Shown one piece after another: positions 17,974-27,638 of a stretch of DNA of 46,974 nucleotides (position 1 is its first letter; every line of letters begins with the position of its first letter). Both the position numbers and the translations under genes were made by a program. Under the pieces are notes generated by a model that ran no database searches, had not been told where the DNA came from, and saw only the letters and a list, made by a program, of their open reading frames with translations. The DNA comes from Candidatus Velthaea sp. GTDB taxonomy: Bacteria > Vulcanimicrobiota > Vulcanimicrobiia > Vulcanimicrobiales > Vulcanimicrobiaceae. The stretch lies in contig JBEKHC010000033.1 of assembly GCA_050012475.1 (NCBI GenBank), positions 1 through 46,974 of the forward strand, written 5' to 3'.

Positions 17974-19044
17974 ATGGCCGACACGATGCAAGCCGTGGTC
18001 AATCACGGCATCAATGATTTCCGGCTCGAGGAAGTCGCCAAACCGCGGATCTCGCACGGCGAGGTGATCATCAAGGTCGACGCCTGCGGCGTATGCACCT
18101 CGGACGTCAAAACGCTGCACGGCGCCGAGCGCTATTGGGGCCGCCCGGGCGGTAAGCCGTTCGTGAAAACGCCGGTCATTCCGGGCCACGAGTTCTTCGG
18201 CACGATCGTCGACATCAGCGACGAGCGGGCCGCGAGCGGCCTCAATGTCGGCGACCGCGTCGTGGCCGAACAAATCGTGCCGTGCGGCAAATGCCGGTTC
18301 TGTCAGAAGGGCTCGTACTGGATGTGCGAGGTGCACAACATCTTCGGCTTTCAGCCCGAGGTGAATGGCGGGATGGCGGAGTTCATGAAGTTGACCGTCG
18401 CCTCGGTCGTGCACAAACTGCCGCCCGATTTACCGCTCGAGCTGGCCGTACTGGTCGAACCGCTTTCGTGCGCGTTTCATGCCGTGGAGCGCGCCCGTAT
18501 CGAAGCGGGCGACGTCGTCGTGATCGCCGGCGCGGGGACGCTTGGTCTTGGGATGATTGGTCCGGCGCTTGCACGTAAGCCGGCGACGGTGGTCGTGCTC
18601 GATTTGGATCCCAAACGCTTGGCGCTCGCAAAGTCGCTCGGTGCACCAATCGTGATGAATCCACGCGAGTCTGACGTGGCAGCTGAGATCGGCCGGCTAA
18701 CCGACGGCTACGGGTGCGACGTCTATATCGAGGCGACCGGGACGCCCAAAGGCGTGGAGCAGGGTTTGATGCTGCTGCGCAAGCTCGGCCGGTTTCTCGA
18801 ATACAGCGTCTTCGGCGCTCCGGTGACCGTCGATTGGAGCATTATCGGCGAGGAGAAAGAACTCGACGTCCTCGGAGCGCATTTAGGTGCACGCATGTGG
18901 CCCGCCGCGATCGCCGGTCTGGCTGACGGCAGCGCGAAAATGGACGGCGTGGTCACCGATCGGTTTCCGCTCTCGCAGTACGCCGAAGCGTTCGCGAAGA
19001 TGGAAGGCGGCAGCGGTTCCATCAAAGCGATCTTAACGCCCTAG
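17974..19044 (+). CDS. Zn-dependent polyol dehydrogenase, erythritol/L-threitol dehydrogenase (EltD)-like
   Basis: AAGGAG RBS; CGVCTSD, PGHEF, CGKCRFC...C; VTVDWSIIG..KELDVLGAHL segment recalled from EltD-type enzymes. Confidence 0.8.
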   Translation: MADTMQAVVNHGINDFRLEEVAKPRISHGEVIIKVDACGVCTSDVKTLHGAERYWGRPGGKPFVKTPVIPGHEFFGTIVDISDERAASGLNVGDRVVAEQIVPCGKCRFCQKGSYWMCEVHNIFGFQPEVNGGMAEFMKLTVASVVHKLPPDLPLELAVLVEPLSCAFHAVERARIEAGDVVVIAGAGTLGLGMIGPALARKPATVVVLDLDPKRLALAKSLGAPIVMNPRESDVAAEIGRLTDGYGCDVYIEATGTPKGVEQGLMLLRKLGRFLEYSVFGAPVTVDWSIIGEEKELDVLGAHLGARMWPAAIAGLADGSAKMDGVVTDRFPLSQYAEAFAKMEGGSGSIKAILTP

Positions 19045-19154
19045 ATTTCGTAACGGGAGGCAAGCGGCATGCACGACACGCGAAACTCGCTTCACCTCGT
19101 TGGGTGCGCTCGATTCCTCGGCGCACCCGCGAACGCCGACGGCGCGACCGCATC

Positions 19155-19811
19155 ATGAACGCGACGGCGGGCGCCGTTGCGCTCAAGCGCAGCCGGTCGA
19201 ATGTGCGTCGGGCGATCTTCGCGGCTGGCGTGCTGGTGTTGCTGGTGGCGATGGCGCTCAACACCAAGGTCGTCAAAATCGGATCCGAGCTGAGCGTTGC
19301 CCCGGGCACGTTCTCGGCCGAAGCATACGGTCCGGCGAATTTTCCGAAGGTGCAGGCCGAGATTATCAAACGCGCGGTGGATGCACCCAAGCTCGCCGCG
19401 GCGATCGCGAAAAACCGCGCGGCGGCGGAGAAGCAGTACGGCGTGCCGGCGACCGCCGGCGCCGAGATGTGCGTGAAGTTCACCGGGGTCGTCGGAAAGG
19501 GTGATTCCGGCAATTATAACGTGCGCATCGACGGCATGCCCAAGAACGTCACGGTGCAGGTGCAAACCGGCCCGTTCATCAGCGGCATGGATTTGCGCGA
19601 CGCGACCGGCACGATCGCGTTCGCGCAATTCCACAATCAGATGGAGTATCAGAACGCCGGCGGTGCGCTGATCGCCGAACTCAAAAAGGAAGTGCTGTCG
19701 AAGGTCGACACCGGTACGTTGAGCGGAAAGCGCATCTCGGTCGTCGGATCTTTCCAGCTGACGGACCCCACGACGTGGCTCGTTACGCCGGCGAAGCTGG
19801 ACGTGCTATGA
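19155..19811 (+). CDS. DUF2291-family protein accompanying polyol ABC transporters
   Basis: N-terminal TM; VQTGP.I.G.DLRDATG.I.F.QF.NQ.EYQ motif. Confidence 0.85.
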   Translation: MNATAGAVALKRSRSNVRRAIFAAGVLVLLVAMALNTKVVKIGSELSVAPGTFSAEAYGPANFPKVQAEIIKRAVDAPKLAAAIAKNRAAAEKQYGVPATAGAEMCVKFTGVVGKGDSGNYNVRIDGMPKNVTVQVQTGPFISGMDLRDATGTIAFAQFHNQMEYQNAGGALIAELKKEVLSKVDTGTLSGKRISVVGSFQLTDPTTWLVTPAKLDVL

Positions 19812-21355
19812 ACAACGGCGCGGCTCGCAACGGTTCCACCGGCGATGTCGTGCTTGCCGCGCACAACATCGTGAAGATCTATGGCAGCACGCACGCACTC
19901 AAGGGCGTTGCGTTCGAGGTGCATCGCGGCCGCGTCACCTCGCTATTCGGCGAAAACGGGGCGGGCAAATCGACCCTGATGAAAATTCTGTCCGGAGTCG
20001 AGGCGCCGACTTCCGGATCGATCGAACTCGACGGTAACGTCGTCAGCTTCACTTCGGCGTCCGACGCGCGGCTGCGCGGTATCTCGATCATCCACCAAGA
20101 GCTCAGCCTCGCGCCGAACCTCAGCGTGAGCGACAACATCTTCATGGGGCGCGAGCTCGAGACTCCGACCGGCGTCAATTTCGCCGAGCAGGAACGTCAA
20201 ACGCGAGCGCTCATGGCCGACCTGGAGGCCGAGGAGATCGACCCGACGACCTTGGTCGAGGATCTGCGCTTAGGACAACAGCAGCTCGTTGAGATTGCGC
20301 GCGCGCTGCAGATCAACTCGCGCATTCTCATCATGGACGAGCCGACCTCGGCGCTGAGCGCGACCGAGGTCGAGGTCTTGTTCAAGGTCATTCGCGATTT
20401 GACCGAGCGCGGCGTTTCGATCGTCTATATCTCGCATCACCTCGAAGAGGCATTGCTGATCACCGACTTCGCCGTCGTGCTTCGCGACGGGACGATGACC
20501 GCGATGGCTGAGGCGAAAGACATCGACCTCAACTGGATCGTGCGGCACATGGTCGGTGAGAATTTCTTTTTAGGCACGCCGCCCACGGGCTACGCGTTCG
20601 GCGAGGTCGCGCTTTCGATTCGCGAAGTCACGGTGGCCGATCCGGCCAATCCCAGCACGCTGCTCGTCGACCATCTCTCACTGGACGTACGCCGCGGCGA
20701 AATCGTCTGCATCTACGGGCTCATGGGCGCCGGACGCACCGAGTTGCTCGAGTCGGTCGCCGGACGCATGCCGATGGAAAGCGGACACGTGCTGCTCGAG
20801 GGCAACGACGTTTCGCGCTTGAGCATTGCCGAGCGCATCTTGAACGGCCTCGCGCTGGTGCCCGAAGATCGTCAGCGCGACGGGCTTGTGCAAACGATGT
20901 CGGTCGGGCGGAACCTATCGCTCTCGAGCATCGGCGCGTTCGCCAAATTCGGGTGGCTGTCCGGCCACACGGAGCGGTCGTTGGTCGAGACGTCGATTAG
21001 CAACGTGCATGTGAAGACCAGCGGTGAAGACGCTCCGATCGGATCGCTGTCGGGCGGCAATCAGCAGAAAGTCGTCATCGGCAAGGCGCTCATGACGAAT
21101 CCCCGCGTGATCTTGCTCGACGAACCCAGTCGCGGTATCGACGTCGGCGCAAAGGCCGAGGTCTTCAAACTGCTCGCAGATGGAGCGACGCGCGGACTTG
21201 CGGTCGTGTACTCGACGTCCGAGGTGGGCGAGTGCCTGAGTATTCCGCACCGCATCATTGTTATGCACCGCGGCCGGATCACGGCGCAGTTCGGATCATC
21301 CGATGTCACCAAAGAGATGATCATGGCCGCCTCGGGCGAAGCCGTGCTCTCGTGA
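19808..21355 (+). CDS. Sugar/polyol ABC transporter ATP-binding protein (CUT2, two ABC domains)
   Basis: GENGAGKST, MDEPT, LSGGNQQKV and LDEPSRGIDVGAK. Confidence 0.95.
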   Translation: MNNGAARNGSTGDVVLAAHNIVKIYGSTHALKGVAFEVHRGRVTSLFGENGAGKSTLMKILSGVEAPTSGSIELDGNVVSFTSASDARLRGISIIHQELSLAPNLSVSDNIFMGRELETPTGVNFAEQERQTRALMADLEAEEIDPTTLVEDLRLGQQQLVEIARALQINSRILIMDEPTSALSATEVEVLFKVIRDLTERGVSIVYISHHLEEALLITDFAVVLRDGTMTAMAEAKDIDLNWIVRHMVGENFFLGTPPTGYAFGEVALSIREVTVADPANPSTLLVDHLSLDVRRGEIVCIYGLMGAGRTELLESVAGRMPMESGHVLLEGNDVSRLSIAERILNGLALVPEDRQRDGLVQTMSVGRNLSLSSIGAFAKFGWLSGHTERSLVETSISNVHVKTSGEDAPIGSLSGGNQQKVVIGKALMTNPRVILLDEPSRGIDVGAKAEVFKLLADGATRGLAVVYSTSEVGECLSIPHRIIVMHRGRITAQFGSSDVTKEMIMAASGEAVLS

Positions 21356-21378
21356 AGTTCTATGTTCATTAACGAAGG

Positions 21379-22530
21379 ATGGAGCGGCCAACGATGATCG
21401 ACGCCAAAGGAAATAGCGCGAGCCCGAAGGCCGCCGCCGGTAAGAGTTTCGATCTCGGGGCGCTCTTGCTCGAAGGACGCGCGTTCTTCGCCCTGATCGT
21501 CATCATCATCGTTTTCTCATTCCTTTCACCGAACTATTTCACGGCCGCCAATCTGCTCGTGATGTCGTCGCACGTCGCTTTGTTCGCGATTCTCGCGATC
21601 GGGATGCTGCTCGTCATTCTCAACGGCGGCATCGACTTATCCGTCGGGTCCACGCTGGGGCTTACCGGCGTCGTCGCGGGTTTCCTCATGCAGGGCGTCA
21701 CGATCAACGGTCTCGGTTTCGTGCTCTACCCGAAGGTCTGGGTGGTCGCCGTGCTGTCGATCGCGCTGGGCGCACTCGTCGGGGCCGTCAACGGTGTCTT
21801 GATCGCACGTCTGAAAGTGCCGGCCTTCGTCGCCACCCTCGGTGTGATGTATATGGTGCGCGGTATCGCGCTCTTGATGACCAACGGCCTCACTTACAAC
21901 AACCTCGGCGGCAGCCCCGATTTAGGCAACACCGGATTCGACTGGCTCGGCTTCAACCACATCCTCGGTGTTCCGATCGGCGTGATCGTCATGGCGATCA
22001 TCGCGATCATCGGCGTGTTGGCCTTGCGGCGCTCGGCGTTCGGGCGCTGGCTGTATGCCTCCGGCGGCAACGAACGCGCCGCCGAGCTTTCCGGCGTGCC
22101 GGTCAAAATGGTCAAGGTCATGGTGTACGTGTTGTCCGGCGTTTGCGCGGCCGTCGCGGGTCTGATTCTCTCGTCACAATTGACGTCGGCAGGTCCAACC
22201 GCCGGTACGACCTACGAGCTCACCGCCATCGCTGCCGTCGTCATCGGCGGGGCAGCGCTGACCGGCGGCCGCGGCACGATTCGCGGAACGCTGTTGGGCG
22301 CATTCGTCATCGGGTTTCTTTCCGACGGTCTGGTCATCATCGGCATTTCATCGTATTGGCAGACCGTTTTCACCGGCGCGGTCATCGTCCTCGCCGTTTT
22401 GCTCAACGCCATTCAATACCGCCGGCGGGCTAAGCCGGCGGTCGCGACCGGCGGTCCATCATCGACTCTTCCAAAGGGGGGAGGCAACGCGACAGCGGCC
22501 AATGCCGCTCGCGAGAAAATCAGCGGTTAA
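21379..22530 (+). CDS. Sugar/polyol ABC transporter permease (RbsC-like)
   Basis: GGIDLSVGS, GGNERAAELSGV and YELTAIAAVVIGG motifs. Confidence 0.95.
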   Translation: MERPTMIDAKGNSASPKAAAGKSFDLGALLLEGRAFFALIVIIIVFSFLSPNYFTAANLLVMSSHVALFAILAIGMLLVILNGGIDLSVGSTLGLTGVVAGFLMQGVTINGLGFVLYPKVWVVAVLSIALGALVGAVNGVLIARLKVPAFVATLGVMYMVRGIALLMTNGLTYNNLGGSPDLGNTGFDWLGFNHILGVPIGVIVMAIIAIIGVLALRRSAFGRWLYASGGNERAAELSGVPVKMVKVMVYVLSGVCAAVAGLILSSQLTSAGPTAGTTYELTAIAAVVIGGAALTGGRGTIRGTLLGAFVIGFLSDGLVIIGISSYWQTVFTGAVIVLAVLLNAIQYRRRAKPAVATGGPSSTLPKGGGNATAANAAREKISG

Positions 22531-22567
22531 TTCTCGAAACCACTAAAAATATTAGGGAGATACTTGA

Positions 22568-23539
22568 ATGTCTAAAAAGGCAGCTATTTTTGCGTGCGCA
22601 GCGCTCGCGTTGACGGTGCCGATGTTCTCCGGGTCCGCGATGCCCGCGGCGCAAGCCGCCGCCAAGGGCGGTCTCATCACGATCATCGTCAACGATCCCT
22701 CGAATCCGTACTGGCTCACGGAAGGCAAAGTGGCGTCAGCCGAGGCGAAACGGCTTGGATATACCGCCATCGTCGGCGCCTCCAAAGGTGACACGAATAC
22801 CGAGAGCAACCTGATCGACACGGCGATCACCAACAAGTCGGTAGCGATCATTCTCGATCCGGCCGACGCGAGCGGTTCGATCGGCGCAGTGAAGAAGGCC
22901 ATCGCCGCCAAGATCCCTGTCTTGTGCGTCAATGCGGAGATCAATCAAGAAGGACTTGCAACGGCGCAACTCGTGTCGAACAATGCCCAGGGCGCGGCGC
23001 TTGGCGCGCAGCAGTGGGTCAAAGACGTCGGACAGAAGGGCAACTACGTCGAGTTGGTCGGCGCGCCGTCCGACAACAACGCCGCCACTCGTTCGAACGG
23101 GTACACGTCGGTTCTCAGCCAGATCCCCGATCTCAAGAAGGTCGACTCGCAGGTCGCGAACTGGAATCGTACCCAAGGCCACGATAAGATGCAAAGCATG
23201 CTGCAGGCGCATCCCGACATCATCGGTGTGATCAGCGGCAACGATGAGATGGCGCTCGGCGCGATCGCGGCGCTGAAGACGGCCGGGAAACTCTCCAGCG
23301 TCAAAGTGGGCGGTTTCGACGGATCGCCCGACGCCGTCGCGGCGATCAAAGCCGGCGACCTGCAGTACACGGTGCTTCAGCCGGTCGCTACGTTCTCCAA
23401 GAAGGCCGTCGACGAAGCGGACTCGTTCCTGAAAACCGGCAAGACGGGCGCAGCGCAAGAGAAGCAGCTGCTGGACTGCATCTTGATCACCAAAGCCAAC
23501 GTCGGAAAATTCACCGCGCCGTTCTCGCTCGGCCAGTAG
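22568..23539 (+). CDS. ABC substrate-binding protein (RbsB-like, probably erythritol-binding EryG type)
   Basis: Signal peptide; NPYW, ANWNR, NDEMALGA and GFDG motifs; AGGGAG RBS. Confidence 0.9.
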   Translation: MSKKAAIFACAALALTVPMFSGSAMPAAQAAAKGGLITIIVNDPSNPYWLTEGKVASAEAKRLGYTAIVGASKGDTNTESNLIDTAITNKSVAIILDPADASGSIGAVKKAIAAKIPVLCVNAEINQEGLATAQLVSNNAQGAALGAQQWVKDVGQKGNYVELVGAPSDNNAATRSNGYTSVLSQIPDLKKVDSQVANWNRTQGHDKMQSMLQAHPDIIGVISGNDEMALGAIAALKTAGKLSSVKVGGFDGSPDAVAAIKAGDLQYTVLQPVATFSKKAVDEADSFLKTGKTGAAQEKQLLDCILITKANVGKFTAPFSLGQ

Positions 23540-23560
23540 TCTCCGGAAGGTAACGGTAAT

Positions 23561-23592
23561 CGGAGAGCGCCCTGCGGGCGCTCTCCGTATTT
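23561..23592 (+). terminator. Intrinsic terminator-like hairpin
   Basis: Perfect 12-bp stem CGGAGAGCGCCC-tgc-GGGCGCTCTCCG followed by TATTT, about 20 nt after the SBP stop. Confidence 0.75.
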
Positions 23593-24018
23593 ACATCCGG
23601 TCGAATCGCCGCGTTTCAACCGCAGGACGAGATTGCCCCTTGCTTCGACCGCGTAGGCATTGCGCCTCATCGAGCAAACGCGTTTGCCCCGTACGTCGTG
23701 ACCTCGATTATCCAAGCGTTCCCTCGCTTCATCGAACGCCGCTCGTGTTGGCGGCACGGCGAGCCCGCTGCTGGTCACGCTGCATCGGGGATCGATGCGT
23801 AAGGGAACTTGGTCCTGGCCTGCTAGGTCGTCCGTCAACTCTGAAAAGTACGGCGCTGAACGATAATGTCGACACGCTCGGCATTCGCTCGACACGAAGA
23901 TCGGCGTTCCGGCAGCTCGCTTGAATGAAGACAACACCATTCGGCTTCGGTCGCTCGAAGGGCAGCGATGCCGGTATGAACGTCGGGTTCGTTCGCGGGC
24001 GGCTTTTCGGGAGGCAGC

Positions 24019-27000
24019 ATGCCGCTTCAAACACTCGCCGGTTCTAATTTGCACTACTATCTACTGTTGTTTGACGAGCTCGGCGTCGAACGACCGGAAC
24101 GCGACGGAACGCTGCCAAGCAAAGCCGTGACCGATCTCCTATTGCGGCGCGACAATCCTGTCACTGATGTATTCATCCTCAGCCACGGATGGATGGGCGA
24201 CGTTCCGGCTGCGATCGCGCAATACGACAGCTGGGTCGGTACGATGGCGAAGGTATCGGCCGATCTCGACCGCGCGCAACGCGAGCGGCCCGGATTCACG
24301 CCGCTCGTCGTCGGACTTCACTGGCCCAGTTTGCCGTGGGGCGACGAGGCGTTTGAGCCGGCAAGCGCCGTGCCAAAGGCGGGTTTACTGTCAGCCGCCG
24401 ATTCGCTGGAGCCGCACGTTGATGCGTATGCAAAGCGTATCTCGACAAGTGCAAATGCGCGTGCCGCAATTCAGCTTATTTTGGAAGCCGCGCGGAGCAA
24501 CCCGGATGTTACCGTTCTCCCCGCCGGCGTCACGGTAGCCTATCAAACGCTGTTTGCCGAAGCAGGCCTGAGTACCGGTGACGCCACCGGGCGTCCCGGC
24601 GCGGATCAAGATGGCTTCGATCCGCAAGCCATCGTCGCCGACGCCCTTCGCGACAGCCCGGAGGCCGGGACCGGCGGCAACGCGGGGTTATTAGGCTTGG
24701 GCAGCGTCCTCGAGGGCGCAATTCTCATGCCGCTGCGCCAGCTGTCGTTTTGGAAGATGAAAGACCGCGCGCGCGCGTTTGGCGAGACCGGCGGTCATGC
24801 GCTGCTCGGCGGGTGGCAGATCGCCGCTCCCGGCGTCCGTTTCCATCTCATGGGGCATAGCTTCGGCAGCATCGTCGTTTCGGCCGCGGTTGCCGGAGCG
24901 CCCGGCGGCCTCGCTCTGCCGCGAAAGGTCGATTCGCTTTTCCTCGTGCAAGGCGCGCTTTCGTTGTGGTCGTATGCGAGCGACATTCCGTACGCTGCGC
25001 AAAAGCCGGCGGCCGGATACTTCGAGCGGATCATTCGTTCCAAGCTCGTGAGCGGGCCGATCGTCACCACGCGGTCGGCGTTCGATAAGGCGGTTGGGCG
25101 CTTCTATCCGTTGGGTGCGCTGCTGCGTGACCAGTATCTGCTGGATGCTCGAGAGTTTCCGCTCTACGGCGGGATCGGCGCTTACGGCATTCAAGGCCGC
25201 GCAGACGTCATCGACATTCCGATCCAATCCGCGACGTTCAATTACGGTTTGGCCGCCGGCCACATCTACAACGTTGATGCGACGACCGTGATCAAACACG
25301 GCGACAGCCCGGCGGGCGCACATAGCGATATCGCGCATCCGGAAGTCGCGCACCTCTTCTGGTCCGCCGCGCTGACGCGTGCCGCCGGTGCGAAGCCTGA
25401 CCTCCTTTCGCCGCTCGACAACGGCGAACGCGGCGAGCGTTCCGGCGGATCCGGTGATGAGCTCTTTTTTGAGGCTGGGCCGATGCGCGGTCTCCTCGGC
25501 CCTGGCATCGATGCACTTCTTGAACGCGGCCCGGCCGGTCGCGACCTCGACGCGTCCAGTGCGCATTTGGTGCCCGAATCTGCATCGCCGCCTGCCGCTG
25601 CGGCACCCCCGCCGGCGCCCGTCGCCGGTGCGCCGGCCCCCGCTGCCGCAGCATCTTCGGAGAGCGAAGATGATACGCGGTTTCTCACCGCCGAGATCGA
25701 AGGCCGCAGCCCGAACGAACCGCTCGTCGCGCGTGAATCGTACAAACTGGTCTTCGACATTGACTGCAAGACGCGTCCCCGGACACTTGGAATCGGCGAG
25801 ATTCGCGCCAAAACGCTCTTCCCACCGGGCGCCGACGCGGTGACGCTCACCCTGCAACTCGACAGTGACGACTTCGAGATCGACGTGCCGACACGCATGC
25901 TCGTTTTGCCCCGTGAGCGCGTGTGTTCCGCGCCGGCTGAGTTCACGATCACCCCCAAGGCAAACGGGTCGTCGATGATCAAGGCCACGCTGCACAAAGA
26001 CGGTAACTTCGTAACGCGCCTATACCTCGTGTTCGATGTCGGCGCGAGTAAGCCGTCGATGCCGACATTGACGACCGTCGGGCGCGAACCGTCGGCGGCT
26101 CCGCTCCTGCACGGTCGTGACCTCAGCATTTCGCTCGAGCCCGCGCGGCACGGAATCGGCTATGACTGCACGATCTGGGGTCTGGTTCACGGGCATGCGC
26201 AGCTCAGCGTCTCTCCGGAGCTCCTGACGAGCGCCATCGGCACCGTCCGCGCCGCACTCATGCAAGTCATCATGACGCAGGATGCTGCGCTCAACCTCGT
26301 TTTTCAAAGCGGCTTCGAGATACCGCCGATGTACTGTGACGCCGCTCTGCGCCCGCTCGCAAAAGCCGGGCGGCGTTTGTTCCAACAGCTCTTCTACGGG
26401 CCTGGGGCAACCGCCGACTCGCTGACGGTCGGACAGTTCATCGAGGCGCTCTCAAAGGATCGCGACGCCCAGCTCAAGGTGCAGATCGTCGCCAAAGAGA
26501 CGCCGATTCCGTGGGGGCTGATGTATCTCGGTGACGCGAGCGACGGAGCGCAGTTGGATTGGTACAACTTCTTGGGCATGCGCCACATTATCGAACAGAT
26601 TCCATTTCAAAGCGGTTTGAAGGTCTATGACCCGCGCATCCGTAGCGATAACCCGACCCTGGGGGTCAGCCTCAATTTGAACGAGACAATCGATACGCAG
26701 ATGCGTTCCAACTTTGTCGGCGAGCAAAAGACGTTCTGGTCGGCCGTGGCATCATCGCGTGAACCGATCAACGTGATACGCCGGACGACAGCGAGCGATG
26801 TCCTCAACGCCCTCAGAGATCCGAAGGTTGCCGACAAGATTATGTATTTTTATTGTCACGCGCAGACCACCGGGCTTACGGCTGCAGGCGGCGCCGATAG
26901 CTCGGCGCTCGTCCTTTCAGACAAGGCGCTCATGCTCGGCGACCTCTACCTCGAGGCACCGACAGCGACCACGATGGGCGGCCAACCGCTGGTTTTCATC

Positions 27001-27339
27001 AACGCCTGCGAATCCGCCGCCCTCTCGGGAACTTTTTACGATGGCTTCGTTCCGTACTTCATGGCCAAGGGCGCCCGCGGCGTGGTGGGAACGGAGTGTC
27101 GCACTCCGGCCGCGTTTGCTACCGCGTGGGCTCGGCGTTTCTTCGAGAAATTTATCGACGGTGAGCCTTTAGGGCAGACGTTCCTGGACTTGCGGCGCGA
27201 GTTTCTCGACCAGCATCACAACCCGCTCGGTCTGTGCTACGCGGTCTACTGCGCCGGCGATACCCAGGTCGAACCGGCACTCGGGACGGTGTTGCAGCAG
27301 CGGGCGCCGACCGTCGCCTCAGCGCCGACGGTGCCCTAA
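24019..27339 (+). CDS. Alpha/beta-hydrolase - Pro/Ala linker - beta-rich domain - CHAT (caspase-like) protease fusion
   Basis: GGGAGG RBS; HGW oxyanion motif, GHSFG nucleophile (S281), GAHSDI (H435); CHAT motifs IPWGLMY, YFYCH (H947), FINACES (C997), GARGVVGTE, NPLGL.Y. Confidence 0.85.
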   Translation: MPLQTLAGSNLHYYLLLFDELGVERPERDGTLPSKAVTDLLLRRDNPVTDVFILSHGWMGDVPAAIAQYDSWVGTMAKVSADLDRAQRERPGFTPLVVGLHWPSLPWGDEAFEPASAVPKAGLLSAADSLEPHVDAYAKRISTSANARAAIQLILEAARSNPDVTVLPAGVTVAYQTLFAEAGLSTGDATGRPGADQDGFDPQAIVADALRDSPEAGTGGNAGLLGLGSVLEGAILMPLRQLSFWKMKDRARAFGETGGHALLGGWQIAAPGVRFHLMGHSFGSIVVSAAVAGAPGGLALPRKVDSLFLVQGALSLWSYASDIPYAAQKPAAGYFERIIRSKLVSGPIVTTRSAFDKAVGRFYPLGALLRDQYLLDAREFPLYGGIGAYGIQGRADVIDIPIQSATFNYGLAAGHIYNVDATTVIKHGDSPAGAHSDIAHPEVAHLFWSAALTRAAGAKPDLLSPLDNGERGERSGGSGDELFFEAGPMRGLLGPGIDALLERGPAGRDLDASSAHLVPESASPPAAAAPPPAPVAGAPAPAAAASSESEDDTRFLTAEIEGRSPNEPLVARESYKLVFDIDCKTRPRTLGIGEIRAKTLFPPGADAVTLTLQLDSDDFEIDVPTRMLVLPRERVCSAPAEFTITPKANGSSMIKATLHKDGNFVTRLYLVFDVGASKPSMPTLTTVGREPSAAPLLHGRDLSISLEPARHGIGYDCTIWGLVHGHAQLSVSPELLTSAIGTVRAALMQVIMTQDAALNLVFQSGFEIPPMYCDAALRPLAKAGRRLFQQLFYGPGATADSLTVGQFIEALSKDRDAQLKVQIVAKETPIPWGLMYLGDASDGAQLDWYNFLGMRHIIEQIPFQSGLKVYDPRIRSDNPTLGVSLNLNETIDTQMRSNFVGEQKTFWSAVASSREPINVIRRTTASDVLNALRDPKVADKIMYFYCHAQTTGLTAAGGADSSALVLSDKALMLGDLYLEAPTATTMGGQPLVFINACESAALSGTFYDGFVPYFMAKGARGVVGTECRTPAAFATAWARRFFEKFIDGEPLGQTFLDLRREFLDQHHNPLGLCYAVYCAGDTQVEPALGTVLQQRAPTVASAPTVP

Positions 27340-27638
27340 GCCGGTGCGGTTACCCGAGAAAAGCAGGCCGACGTCGCGAAGTGAATCGCACGCACCTCTG
27401 CGAAAACACGGCCCGACAAGCTGAATCGAAGTCTTGTGAACGGCTAAGACCGTTGGGGGTTCGGTCATCGCGAGCCTTCATTCGACGGGAGGCGATATGC
27501 TGAAAATACACGTTGCATCGCCAAGTTTCGGTGACGTTGCGGGGCAGCATTGCAATTTCGAGCGGGCGCGAGCGAGCGACACAGGGATTCGAAACGCGAT
27601 CGACCTGGAAAATGACGCGGTGCCGGGAACTTGCAGCG

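Noticed and set aside
23600..24010. Short ORFs upstream of the hydrolase-CHAT gene as a possible gasdermin or small substrate
   Set aside because: No RBS-supported ORF or recognisable motif; cannot be supported from the sequence alone
27559..27610. GAGCGGGCG...GGGATTCGAA resembles a reverse-strand tRNA T-arm or att site
   Set aside because: No acceptor or anticodon stems can be built and there is no integrase nearby
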